Source: Octopus sinensis
Lineage: Eukaryota
DNA length: 64,000 bases
Assembly: GCF_006345805.1 (NCBI RefSeq)
Contig: NC_043015.1
Location: 44,268,001 to 44,332,000, forward strand
Direction: 5' to 3'
Both the position numbers and the translations under genes were made by a program. The notes under the pieces were generated by a model. The model was given only the letters and a program-made list of their open reading frames with translations. It ran no database searches and was not told where the DNA came from. Positions 39,641 to 52,875 of the stretch are shown here, one piece after another (within the stretch, counting starts at the first letter, position 1; each line of letters opens with the position of its first letter).

Positions 39641-40212
39641 CACTCATGAATTATTCCCTTTGATGTTGGGTTCGTAAATATATTGTTATTTCTCTTAAAG
39701 CAATGACTTTGAAGCCTTCTTGTGTCACGTCCTGATAATGAGATTATGGGTCGTGTGCATCTTTAATGACTCAGTAAATAAAAACAACAACACCAGCAAA
39801 TATATTTGCAAAATCTTCAACGAGAGAAGTGAATCCTCAAAGAGGAACAATGATCATAACGTGACTAATTTAATTACAAATACGAACCTGCGGCCAACAT
39901 TGCATTAAAATGATAAAATAATGAAAATATGGTCTCTAGAGCTGGAACGTTGACCTAGTTGTTATGTCGTTTTTATATCCTCCATGTTCTCTCTATGTGA
40001 AAATATCAGCGATATTCATACACACAAATACGCACTTATTTCTTTCCGTCTTCTCCACTTGTCTCCCAGTCTCTTTCTCCCCGTCTCCTCCTCTTCTTTG
40101 TCTGTCTGTGTGCCTGTCTATCTGTCTGTCTGTCTACTTGTCTGTCTGCCTGTGTGTCTCTGTCTATCTGTCTGTCTGTCTGTCTGTCTCTGTCTCTCGT
40201 TCTCTCTACGCA

Positions 40213-40735
40213 CACTCTTATTTCACCGGTGTTGTAGTGCATGGATCCTATTGGTGAAGAAGCTTTCAACGTGTTCATCAAATACAGCGGTTCGGCAAAA
40301 GAGACCGATAGAATAAGTACGGGCTTACAAAAGAATAAGTCCCGGGGTCGAGTTGCTCGACTAAAGGTGGTGCTCCAGCATGGCCGCAGTTCAAATGACT
40401 GAAACAAGTAAAAAAGAGTAAATATGATGTCTTAATCCCTTTGATACCGGTTCCCAGCCAAGTACTTTCTTCATGTTGCGAGAACAGATGATAGTCACAT
40501 GAGGTCAAATCAGGAGAATAGAGAGGGTGATCAACCAGTTCAAAGCCACAGCCACACACAGCAGCCATAGAAACTTGATGAAACCATTTTTGTCAATTTT
40601 GCTGATTTTTTTATTGTTTATAAACTTTCGTAAGTTCTACAGCAAGTTTCACACTGATAGTATAACTCTTTTGAAGATTATGGCATTGGCTATTTGATTT
40701 ATAGTCAATAGCCTGTTATCCAGCACTATCATGAA
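40213..40735 (-). mobile_element. Decayed mariner transposase remnant, internally deleted and interrupted by a SINE B tail
   Basis: Minus strand: MIVLDNRLLTINQIANAI (HTH-like, ~40670-40735); CGFELVDHPLYSPDLTSCDYHLF (YSPDL motif, ~40480-40550); after frameshifts NMKK.LAGNRY; beyond the SINE, ESFFTNRIHALQHR* (~40220-40270). Confidence 0.85.
40285..40421 (+). mobile_element. SINE family B 3' tail inserted in the mariner remnant
   Basis: gcggttcggcaaaagagaccgatagaataagtac...ctccagcatggccgcag...gaaacaagtaaaaaagag. Confidence 0.9.
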
Positions 40736-40869
40736 CGTACTTACATCGGTTGTCAAGCGAGGAGGGGCAAACGCAGACTCACAAACATATAGACACATAC
40801 ATATACATAGAGATACATATACATACAAGGTGCCACGCAAGTAACTTAACATACGACCACTCCTGCGCC
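40735..40869 (-). mobile_element. Internally deleted SINE family B fragment
   Basis: catcggttgtcaagcg...aaggtgccacgca...ccactcctgcgcc. Confidence 0.7.
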
Positions 40870-40904
40870 GATGCTTATCCTATATATATACATAAAAGAT
40901 AAAC

Positions 40905-41160
40905 GTCGCCCATTTCAAGCCTAGCCAGGCTCCCGGTTTCTGTTCCTCCCAGCAGGACGAGGCGCCAGTCCATTGCAGCGTTACTCAAGAAAGAGGAAGA
41001 GAGAGTGAGAGAAAGTTGTGGCGAAACACTATAACAGCCTTGGGGTGCTTTTAGGTGTTTTCGCTCAATAAACATACACAACGCCCGGTCTGGGAATCGA
41101 AGCCTCAGTCATCCGACTGCGTATCCGCTGTCCAAACCCCTGGGCCATTGCGCCCCCACC
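40905..41160 (-). mobile_element. Chimeric SINE: family C head and partial body with a D2-type tail
   Basis: Head tgggccattgcgcccccacc and acaacgcccggtctgggaatcgaa (C); tail tttcaagcctagccaggctc...ggacgaggcgccagtccattgcag, similar to 56455-56555. Confidence 0.65.
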
Positions 41161-41171
41161 TACATATATAT

Positions 41172-41242
41172 ATAACCGAATTGTTGCAACTGCATGTAAC
41201 ATGAGAGAGTCACGTTACATGAAGTTGCAACAATTCGGTTAT
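41172..41242. repeat. Near-perfect 29-bp inverted repeat (foldback hairpin)
   Basis: ataaccgaattgttgcaactgcatgtaac (41172-41200) against gttacatgaagttgcaacaattcggttat (41214-41242): one mismatch, 13-nt spacer. Confidence 0.95.
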
Positions 41243-41859
41243 GTATATCCTTTATAGATGTATATACTTGATAGATATGCCTGCACGTCTAACTATTCTT
41301 GAGGCAACATATGAAAACTACTACAATGCCAGTAAGCGCATTGTGTGAAGCGGTGAATACTAGCATCCGATGATTCCGTTAGGACATTGATAGAGTGACA
41401 TTTCACAGGTATACGTAATCATTATATCAGAGGTAGATAAAATAGCGTTTAAAAAGCACAGTATCCGTCTTCTATTTAGTACTTTCTAAATTTTACGAGA
41501 ATTTATTCAGTTTACCGTTCACCATTCAAACTTAATAAATGAATTATTAGTTAAGTATTGAGTCGATTGTCCTTTAACTATATCCCACTACTGTACTATC
41601 TGACTCACACATTCCTCATCTCCACATGGAATCTGAGTAAATAACTGTGACATAAAGAGCCCTTCTGCTTCGTTTACGTTTGTATGCGCGGTCAATATAC
41701 TTGATCTATTTGATGGAAAACTTGATATAAATAAAATGTCAAAAAGAGCAGAATTTAATATCGCATGCATTGCTGTCCAATTTGCTCACACGAGGCTCTG
41801 CATCATGTCAACCACTTTTCTATAGGGTAAACATTTGTTTTGCAATTTGATAAAATGTG

Positions 41860-42210
41860 TCATACATATATATTCATATGTGTGTGTGTGTGTATGTATA
41901 TATGTATATATGTATATATATGTATATATATGTATATATATATGTATAAATATGTATATATATATATATGTATATATATGTATATATATGTATATATGTG
42001 TATATATATATATATGTATATATATGTATATATGTATATATATATATACATATATATATATACTATATATATATACATATATATATATGTATATATATAT
42101 GTATATATACATATGCATGCATATACATTGTTATATATATAGGTATATATATATATATATATAGTATATATTATATATAAATATGTATATATATATGTAT
42201 ATATATGGTG

Positions 42211-42275
<65 letters not shown>

Positions 42276-42772
42276 GAAGTCTCTATCAAATATTATAGAA
42301 TGATATGTCAGATCTCAAGAAAACGTGAAAACATAATATTTTCACAAAAGAAATGTACGCCATCGCTCCTTCATTACTTCATTAATTCTATCTATTGATC
42401 TAAAATATATTAATATCTGTGCATATTGTCAGATGAGAATCATAAAAGAAAAAGCTGAGCTTATGTATGAAACACGACATTAATATCTGCAACAAAGACT
42501 TTGCTTTAATGGAATTTGAATACACGCACATACACACTCATATATATATATGAATATGTAAATTGCTCTAATCTACCACGACGTTTGAACTTTCTGAACT
42601 TTTAAACTCCGTACGTTAATGACTTTGAAATTCTTTCTCCATGTTAATTATATTTTTTATCTTTTCTTCTTCTCTTTTTTTTTCTTTTTCCCAGCATGCC
42701 TAATTATAAGTCCTTCCTCCTACACCTTCACCACCGCCTACGAAAACACACATATATACAAAAGTATATATA

Positions 42773-42825
<53 letters not shown>

Positions 42826-42857
42826 ATATATATATGTATATATATATATATTATATA

Positions 42858-42889
<32 letters not shown>

Positions 42890-42890
42890 C
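41860..42890. repeat. (TA)n/(TATG)n compound microsatellites
   Basis: Tracts ~41860-42272 and ~42765-42888. Confidence 0.9.
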
Positions 42891-43519
42891 TCAAATAAGC
42901 AACAAGGATATCCAAGTAGTGTAGTGCAATTGTTTCATGCTACTTCATTTTTTATTAAACACTGTAAGAATTACATCAGTTTTTAAATGTCGAGCATATT
43001 CAGCCACATATATATATTTTTTATTAAATGGACAATGTATATTTTTATACTTATTTCATTTGACGACATTACAAAGAGGGTAGATATATAGACAGAGAGG
43101 TTAATTTTATCATTAAGATCATGGATATATAATGTCCTTTCCCATCTGTATATTTTTTATCATTGAGTTCACCTTGTTATTTAGATCTACCAATGGAGAG
43201 AGGGTTTCTTCCTTTGATTCAAGGGAGACAAACAAGAAATTTTTCTATTTATAGAAAGAAGACGGGGTTGTACAAATATCAAAGCCATAAATCCATTCTC
43301 ATTTTGAGGAATTTGACTTAGGCATATTTCAATGTATGATATGTTTTAACTTCCTTCTAAGCAGATAATCTGCCGCTATGTCGCATGAAACAAAACGTAA
43401 GAAAATATCCGACCAATCAAAATATTTCAAATTTTGTTAAATATCATCTGGCTTGCTCTCAAATCTGTATAGAGAGAAGATTGATACTGGGTCCTGTATT
43501 CCCAAATCTAATACATATA

Positions 43520-43932
43520 CTCTCTCTTTTCTCTTTTACTCTTTTACTTGTTTCAGTCGTTTGACTGCGGCCATGCTGGAGCACCGCCGTTAATGGAGCA
43601 ACTCGACACCGGGACTTATTCTTCGTAAGCCCAGTAATTATTCTATCGGTCTCTTTTGCCGAACCACTAAGTGACGGGGAAATAAACACACCAGCATCGG
43701 TTGTCAAGTAACGCCAGGGGAAGAAACAGAGACACACAAACATACACGCACATATATATACATATATACGACGGGGTTCTTTCAGTTTCCGTCTACTAAA
43801 TCCACTCACAAGGCTTTGGTCAGCCCGAGCCTATTGTAGAAGACACTTGGCCAAGGTGCCACGCAGTGGGACTGAACCCGGAAGCATGTGGTTGGTAAGC
43901 CAGCTACTTACCACACAGCCACTCCTGCGCCT
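43520..43932 (-). mobile_element. SINE family B, full length
   Basis: Tail, short internal (CA/TA), CORE-like region and head cacagccactcctgcgcct. Confidence 0.9.
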
Positions 43933-44089
43933 ATATATATCTATATAGATTCATTGATTGATTAACTAATATGTAAACACAAACACACATACATATATAC
44001 ACATTTTTAAATGCATATAAGTATATATGTATATATTATATATATATATATATGTGTGTGGTGTGTGTGTGTGAGTGGTATATATATAT

Positions 44090-44128
<39 letters not shown>

Positions 44129-44229
44129 CATATATATATATATATATATAATTATATATATATATATATATAATATATATCTATAATATATATATATATA
44201 TACATATATATATGTATATAATAACAAAG

Positions 44230-44630
44230 GGTAAAATTAATTAATTAAGAAGTAATCAGTGAATTTGGCGGCACTAGCACTGAATATGACCTCTCTGATA
44301 CCGTTAGGTGAAGAGATATTTTCCAGTGCCTTCAAATTTAATATTTAATAATTGATATTTTAGGAATTCCACGCTGAAGAGCCGAAAATGGTCGTGTAAG
44401 GTATAATTATTTATTCTTTATACCGATCTAATCCCGAAACGCGCGTACGTTGGTAACCTAATATCGATTGATTTTCTTATTTTTCCCTTTTGCCTGCGTG
44501 GATCGTTTTCAAGTACTTTGGTTTTTCTGGGAGCCCCTTTTAAAGTAGAAGGAATAGCTAAGATTTTTTGACTGCTATTTCTAAACTTCGGTATGTGGTG
44601 AAGCAAATCTTTGCCGAACCTTAATTATAA
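44230..44630 (+). mobile_element. Penelope-like tail containing a hammerhead-like motif (44369-44453)
   Basis: ccacg-CTGAAGA-g...c-GAAAC-GCGC-GT-A-cgttgg; long stem II region with an inner ggtataa/ttatacc hairpin. Confidence 0.45.
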
Positions 44631-44700
44631 AGTATATATATATATATATTTATATATGCATACATACATACATACATATATACATACATACATATATATT

Positions 44701-45076
44701 TATTTACTTGTCTCGGTAATTTGACTGCGGCCAGCGCGCATTTAGTCGAGCAAATCGACCCCAGGACTTATTCTTTGTAAGCCTAGTACTTATTCTATCG
44801 GTCTCTTTTACCGAACTGCTATGTTATGGGTACCTAAACACACCAGCATCGGTTGTCAAGCGATGTTGGGGGAGAGGGCGACATACACAGATACACACAC
44901 ACAGACACACACACACCCGCCCATACACACACACATACACACATACACACACACATATATATATATATATATACATATATATACGACAGGCTTCTCTTAG
45001 TTTTCGTCTACAAAATCTATTCGCAAGGCTTTGTTCGTCCCGTGGATATAGTAGAAGACACTTGCCCAAGGTGCCA
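44701..45076 (-). mobile_element. SINE family B lacking its tRNA head
   Basis: Tail from 44701; ends at gaagacacttgcccaaggtgcc. Confidence 0.85.
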
Positions 45077-45380
45077 AGAGGAATATGACGGACATACAAA
45101 CACACTGCTGCAAGACATTGCAATGAGAATCAATGAAAGGCTTAGTGAAAAATAATACGCCAAAAAAAGAAACAGAAGAGAAATAACGCTTCGGGTTAAG
45201 ACCTTTATCAATAGAAAAGAAAAGAAATTCGACCAATTTAGTTGACACGACCTTCAGCTTTCTTTTACCAGTATTTATTTCGTTACATATATATATATAT
45301 ATATAATATTATATTATAACATACAACATACATACATACATATATATTATGTATATATATATATATAAATACTCATATAT

Positions 45381-45412
<32 letters not shown>

Positions 45413-45417
45413 ATATA

Positions 45418-45454
<37 letters not shown>

Positions 45455-45807
45455 GGAAAAAAAGTCAAGATAGAAAATGCTAAAATAATTTTATAAAAAC
45501 ATTTCAGTACTGGTTTCAGTCATTGAGGCTTTTTCAACTGTAAGTATGGAAAACAATTAAATTTGGAAAAATTAAAAGAAAAGTTTTTTTTCAAAGAATA
45601 TTTGTATAGCGTTCAAATACACGTAGCATTTTGCTTGTTTCTACCTGTCTCACACACATTCTCTCTCTCTCTCTCTCTCTCTCTTGTTTACTCATGTGGG
45701 TTCGAGGTCGTTGTGTGTGTGTACATATATATATATATACATGTACATATATATATATATATATATATATGTACATGTGAGGGTGCATATGTATGCATGT
45801 ATGTGAT

Positions 45808-45859
<52 letters not shown>

Positions 45860-45929
45860 TATATACATATATATATATATATTATATATATATATATATA
45901 TATGGAATAATCAATCGAATAGCCAAATC

Positions 45930-46100
45930 GAATTATCGAACATTACAAATAACAAAACAACAAGAGAACATACAATTGGAATATATTAGTTTGACATTCT
46001 GTAAAAAGGTGGAGGAAAGAGAGGGTCTTCTTCGCGTCTCGGGCTTAAGTCTTCATCAGAAAGGAAAACATACTTACACTTGTGCGAAACGACGAAGAAA
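45930..46100 (-). mobile_element. Family E-like/Penelope-like tail with decayed hammerhead motif (46027-46063)
   Basis: Minus strand cttt-CTGATGA-agacttaagccc-GAGAC-gc-ga-a-gaag. Confidence 0.4.
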
Positions 46101-47250
46101 GAACCATAACGTATATACATTTATAACCCATGACATTTTTCCTCCCTCTTAATGTATGTGTTTATATTTTTTCTCTTATACTCACATGAATTAGTAGAAC
46201 AGGTATCTGCGTGCCTGCACGCCTTCCAGTTCTTTGTCTCTTTTAATTTCCTTCCAATTAACGCCAACATCTTTTATAATTTTGTAATAATAAAACAGTA
46301 AGCCCGAGGATTTGTTATTGATTAAATCGGAAGTGTTTCTAACATAAAAACAAAATTTTATATTTTCCTGTCACTTTCCGTTTTTCTTATTCCTCCATTT
46401 TTTTCGTGTTGGTTCTGGCTGTTTTATCGGTTCTAATATTTTTTCCCATTATTTTTCATTGAACTTTGCCGGAAAAGTAAATTAAATTTGAACTTGGATA
46501 ATCGAAATAATGAGTCAGGAAATGTAAACCGAATAAATAAATAAATAAAAAAATAGATTAACATGAAAATCTGCAGCATAAAAAATAATAAACCCCACAC
46601 AAAATTGAATAAAAGACCTCGATGTAAAAAAATTTGAAATTAACGAGAAAATTTATTATTTTTACAAAAGTGCATCATATTGACAACTCGGAATATATAT
46701 TGCGAGAAAGGACATAAGACTTAGTCAAAAGCACGAAACTGAGGGACAGAGAGAAAGAGAGAGAGAGTGAGAGGAGAGAGAGAGAGAGAGAGAGAAGGAG
46801 AGAACAGAAAGGAAAGAAGCATCCGTAACAAGAAGAACATGATATATTGTGACGTAGTTTCGTCTTTGAGAGTAAGAAATCTCGAGATAACTTCCATGGA
46901 GACTGAGTTCAATAGCTTAACACTATTGAACTTAAACAAGAAATATGAGTTCTACATTTTCCTCATTTTGTTTTTGAGACTGATTCGTCGTTTCCATAAT
47001 TTTCTCGATCTCTCTTTGTATGAAAAGAATAGTGAGGGACTTTCCTTCGCAACAATAAAGTCTAGATTTCAATTCCATTTTGTGGCATGTTGGGATTGAA
47101 CCCGATACCTCATTTTAATTATATATGTCATCGTGTTGTACCATTTCTTGTAAGTGCAATCGCATCGTGGTGTGCAATTTCGAGAGTAATTGCACCGTTT
47201 TGCACAATTGCACATATCTGTTACAAAATGCGCAACCTTATCGCATACTG

Positions 47251-47360
47251 ACTCACGCTGTATATGCCAGAGATTTACGTTAAGGGTAGACGTGCCTGTG
47301 CCGTGACATGTTCGATCACTTGCAGATTAATTCAAAACCTGTAGGTTCAGTGGATCATCG
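47251..47360 (+). mobile_element. Decayed SINE family C tail fragment
   Basis: cacgctgtatatgccagagatttacgttaagggtagacgtgcctgtg resembles C tail cacgctgaatatccccgagaactacgttaagggtacacgtgtctgtg. Confidence 0.65.
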
Positions 47361-48097
47361 TTAAAACACAAACATCCACACTTTTGTCATACCTTGTCAA
47401 ATCTTTGCAAGTGAGATACGTTGAATGCACTCGAAAGAAACCTATGGAAAAATATTATTTCACACCGAAATTTCGAAGAGGTCTCTTACGAAATATTTAC
47501 CGTATTTTTAAAGTCATTCTCAACTTAACATTTTTTTTTTAAATATGCCAAAAATAATTTTTCCAATGGTATACACTTGAAAATAATTTTGAAAATATAA
47601 AAATATTGTCTGTTTAAAGAAAGCTTCAAATACTTACTCTAAATACAACTTACATTTTTGAAATCACATTCGCGTAAACATGTTTCTAAAGGATAAAAAT
47701 ATTGTGTTTAACAAAACCGAAAATAGAAGCATTTACTGTGAAAAACAACCGGTATCTATTCGTTGGAAAATTGTCACTAATGTGTCTAATCGAAAGGTTG
47801 GAGTTTCTTTCCTTTCAGGGTTAACTTATTTTCGGAGTATTTTCCCATTATGAACCGTGATGGGTATTTATACGACCAAAGCCCTAATATCTCAAGAGTT
47901 ACTTCTCCGATGCACGCGAAACTTGTTTTATTCTGTTTGTATTTACATTTCAGGCGAGCTTAATTCATAGTATTTTCCCATTTTGCACTAGTTTGGCTGA
48001 GTAACATTGCAAGCAAGCAAGATTCGAACTTCCCTTTTAATGTATTATAGATAAATGCAAACCAACACCATAAAGGAATCGACGTAAGCTTAAATAA

Positions 48098-48155
48098 TAA
48101 TCCGCGATAAGTGAACCGTGATGTGTGCACCGCGATATGGCAAGGGATTACTGTA
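48098..48155 (-). mobile_element. Tigger/pogo-like terminal inverted repeat, solo end
   Basis: Reverse complement TA-CAGTAATCCCTTGCCATATCGCGGTGCAC...TTCACTTATCGCGG resembles TcMar-Tigger ends with a TA target. Confidence 0.5.
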
Positions 48156-49094
48156 TTTTGTAACTTTTGTAAGTTTTAATAAAGGCATAACATTAAATAT
48201 TATTTTTGAAAATGGAAACATACTGAACCTAGAAAGGAGACAGACAAAGTTAAGCTAGTGGAATTTGAACTCGGAAAAGCAGAAACATACAACGAAATGC
48301 TACAAGACAATTTAATTGTAATTCTAAAGATTCTGTCATCCACTTAGTACTCAAAATTGGAAACATTATTAATTAATAGTCGTTTGTCAGTGAGTTGCTT
48401 CGGGGCGTTTTGTTTACGACTGCATCGTGGACTTATTTAATTATATTTGATTTATGCTCTCTAATAATAATTAAACAAAAACAAAACAAAAATAAATATA
48501 CAGAAGAGAAACCCAAATTAAATTTGAGCAAATAATTTGTTTTTCACTAATGTTTGGCGAAATAAAATTAAAAGTGTGTATATTATGTGGGAGGTTTTAT
48601 ATGTTTAAACATTCTGGAAATCGCATTAGGTTTGAGGAGAGCCGTTAATAATTATTTTGACACTCCGAGGATGAGCAAACAATAAATAGATAAATAAATA
48701 CTAAAAGAATGAGTGTAAGAACTGTTTATGAATGAAGCACGCTTATTCGTTATCAATAAAAAAAGGAATATGTATTTGATGCAAAATACGTCTAGCGGAA
48801 CATCTATACATTAGAGAAAAAAAAATACTATGAAGATGATTAAGTCTTCTTAATTATTTTAATATGCATTAATATGTATAGTATGTATATGTTTGATATG
48901 TATAAGCTTATGAAATTTATAAGCAGATACATTTTGTATGAGCAATGCCAAGCTGTAGCAATGCTAAACAATAGTCCTGAAACAAATGTGCTTTACTGAG
49001 AATTTTTGTTAAATCAGCATTTGTTGTTGTCGTCCTTCGTTGTCGTCCGATTCCTCCTCCTCCTCCTCCACCACCACCACGACCACCAACATCA

Positions 49095-49200
49095 TCATCA
49101 TCGTTTTAATGTCCGCTTATCCATGCTTGCATGGGTTGAGCAGAGATTAATGAAGTAGATATTCTACGTTTGGATGCACTTCCTGTTGCCAAGCCTTGCA
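49095..49200 (-). mobile_element. Retroposon 3' tail fragment ending in (CAT)n
   Basis: catcatcatcatcgttttaatgtccgcttatccatgcttgcatgggtt...ggatgcacttcctgttgccaa; typical SINE/LINE tail layout, family not identified. Confidence 0.5.
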
Positions 49201-49356
49201 TTACTAGACGTGTTTTCGCAGAATGTAAGAAATGAATATCGCTATTTTATTTTAAACAATTCCTCTCATTACAACTATCAAGATATATCAAGTCACGAAG
49301 ACACAAGCATGCACATACACCCTCATGCATACACACATACAAGCTAGATCGTATAT

Positions 49357-49525
49357 TCGACAGGCTTCTTTCAGTTTCCACCAGCAAAATCTACTCATAA
49401 AGCACTGGTCTCTCGTGGCCTATTTATGAAAAAAAAACACACTCGATCAAAGTGCTACGCAGTAAAACCGAACACGAATGTTAGGGACTGAGAAGCAAAC
49501 TTCTTAACTACACAGCCACCCCTAC
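49357..49525 (-). mobile_element. Decayed SINE family B head/CORE
   Basis: cgacaggcttctttcagtttcc...aatctactcataaagc...aagcaaacttcttaactacacagccac. Confidence 0.7.
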
Positions 49526-51999
49526 TCCCATTCCTGAATATTCTTTCAGAGAGTATTTTGACGCGGTGCAATGAATTAACTGTGGATATATTTTATTTAT
49601 CGGTTTTCGGGAAGAGAAGCATTGCACGGGTTTAGATGTTTGATCTATGGCTCTTTCTGACTATTCTAATAATTGACTTGATATTCAAAGTGTGACAAAA
49701 CTATACGACTCATTAAAATGTTTTTTGTCAGTAATTTTAGAGAAAAATATAGTGAATTAGACGTATTTAATCGCGTGCAGAGCCACGTGAAAGAAAGCAG
49801 ATAAAACAATGGGTTTCTGAAATTCGAAGCATAACGGTTCAAGGCATTTATTTCCTTGATTTATGACCAATAAACATACAGTGACATCGAAATTAATTTG
49901 TATATTAATTATGTTTAGATGCAATAATAAATGGAAGTGTAATTCAGAAGGATTTGCATGGCGATTTTGGATTAATGGGTGAAATAATTTATTGAATTCA
50001 ATTATAGAAGACACATTGACAAGCATGGAAAAATAACGACTTCTTGTTAATGTGTAATCACATTACATAAATCAAAGTTTCTCGTTAGTTTTTAAGCCTG
50101 ATTACCTGTTCCGATGTAGATAAAACACGTGATTCTTGTGAAGGAGAACCATACTTTTTACAATCTTCTTTGGTCGTTATTTACATATAATAATAGCTAA
50201 CACGTTATTTATAAGAAACTACAAATATTTTAAAGGCTACCAGAAGGACCATGATTAAGTCGCAAAATTAGTGTAATTTTTACTATGCCTTAAAATCTTT
50301 TTTTCCAGTTCAAATTACAAGGCCGGTTTTATACTTCACACAAAATTGCTTCCACCTTTACGTTGGTGAACTATTTAGTATATCACTTATTTCTGAATTA
50401 TTTAGTGCCCATAACGTCAATTTTTATTTCATCTTTCTCTAGTATTGGGCAAGTGGTGAATATTACACTGAGCAAATTACAGCGGGAACAATTTACATCG
50501 GTGACAACTCTTTTAAATCTAGATTTACCAAAGCTTTGATAATTTTCTTTTTCTTATTGACCGACAGAAGGCACAATTAATTAAATAGTGTATACTCCAT
50601 TCCCGAAAAAAAAAAGACAAGTCGGAGCTATCATTAATTCACTGAGTCACTATCAATATTAAGTTAGTATACTACGGGGGTATATGCCATTATATCAAAC
50701 GTGACCTTTTTAATCTCGAATCCAGTTATATCTTATGAATATTATATGAGGTTTAATATTGTATGTAATTTTTATATCATATATAAAATATGAGGGATAT
50801 AATTGCTTACAATTTTTATTCCTAAACATTTTATATGCTACACGCAACAAAAGAGATTCATGATGCCTTTTTGTTATTAACACCGTAATATCAATCCAAG
50901 GCAAAGAGATTGAGAGCTGTATGAGATCTGTGGAATCGTCATTTACTAACACGTGATAAACGTTGCTTCTGTCATATTATGACCACTAAGAACCATGACA
51001 TAAAAAAAAACATAGCTCGTTCATTTTCATAAGTAAAGAAGAGTTCGAGAAGATCAATAGTTTGCAAAGCTTGTGAAGAATATAGTTGGTTATACAGATA
51101 TGAGTAAGACTCTAAAGAAAGTAATCTACGTTGGGGTTTATTAGATTTTTCGGGAACCAAATTTCCTAGCTTGTTATTTATCGTGCTTAGAATATTAAAA
51201 CGGCTTCTGCAGAATATTCGCAATTTATGTGGGAATCATTATTCAGTATAAAGCAAGTGAACAAAGAAAAATAAAGCGTTACCTAAGCTTTATATTGATA
51301 TGTATGGGAAAGGAATAGATATATCGATGGAATTATGGTTGGATGAAGCAAGGAATGGTTGGCTGGACACTTCTATAATTCAGCTTTGCTAAGAAAGCGT
51401 AACAAATATTGTATACCGCCTAATTAAAGAGAGAGATCAAATGAACATTTATTGCAGGGGTTTATTGGAAGTCAGGATTAATGAGGCTCTTTTCCAAACG
51501 TCAAGTGGAATAAATAATAAAGATAATATGAAAGCCATTCTAAAAACAAGAAAAACCTGAAAAATAAAACAATAAATAAATAAGTAAATAAAAACCTCAA
51601 CACCAACTCGAATCGAAAACAGAAAATAAACAAGCAAATGGGGAATGTAATGAAAGCTTGACGTAGATAAATTTCTGCTATGATCAAGGAGAAAAGATAG
51701 AGTAAATGAGTAGCGAAGCCGATAATAATTTTTACCTTTTGGTTAGCCATGATAAATGAACTACGCAGCGCGTAAAAAAAGTTTAAAAAGCTGCAATCCA
51801 ACAAACATAATGAAGCTTAGCTTGCTTAAATATCATTAAAAGGCAATAGGATTAAGTGATGTGGAAATATATATTCATATATATTTTTTGTGGGGAGAGG
51901 GGGGGAGTTACTGATATGATAAAAATAAACACAAGTGCAGAATGAATTGTAAACTCATACACGAATATATATACAAACAAATCACCGTTTACGCATATG

Positions 52000-52118
52000 A
52001 GTATTAATACAATATACCTTTATACACACATATATATATATGTATACATATATATATATATATACATAAATATATACATCTCTAAAGTTATATACATACA
52101 TATGTATATATATAAACA

Positions 52119-52149
<31 letters not shown>

Positions 52150-52499
52150 CGTATATGTGTGTGTATACATATGCATATATATATATATATTTGCATCTAA
52201 CAATTGGCGGTATATTCTTAAGGCTTTCTGTAAGATATCATTTAAAAAATATTTTATGCACACCTTATCTATCTATCTATCTATCTATCTATCTGTCGAT
52301 TTACGTATGAATATATTGTATATTTATGAGTACACACACGCATACACCTACATACCCACACACGCACCTACACTCATAGACACACTCTCTCTCACACACA
52401 CACTTGCGTGTTTTATGCTGGATGAAATTATAACTATGTGGCAATTACTTAATTCTACACAATGGCACTCCAGCTCATTCGATATTACAGTCACATATA

Positions 52500-52544
<45 letters not shown>

Positions 52545-52654
52545 TTATATATATATCCATCTATATGCATCTTCTTATATACATATATTAAGAAATATAA
52601 TCATATGTGTGTCGTTCCATTTATTAATATATATACATACATACATACATACAT

Positions 52655-52703
<49 letters not shown>

Positions 52704-52779
52704 GCATATATATCTTTATTGATACACACACATACATATACTCCGTATACACTCGCATACATTTACATATACACACATT

Positions 52780-52854
<75 letters not shown>

Positions 52855-52875
52855 ATGTGTGTGTGTGTGTGTGTG
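52000..52875. repeat. Compound (TA)n/(TATC)n/(CT)n/(CA)n microsatellites
   Basis: Direct reading. Confidence 0.85.

Noticed and set aside
47172-47215. gtgcaatt/aattgcac inverted repeat
   Set aside because: Only an 8-bp stem; not distinguishable from background.
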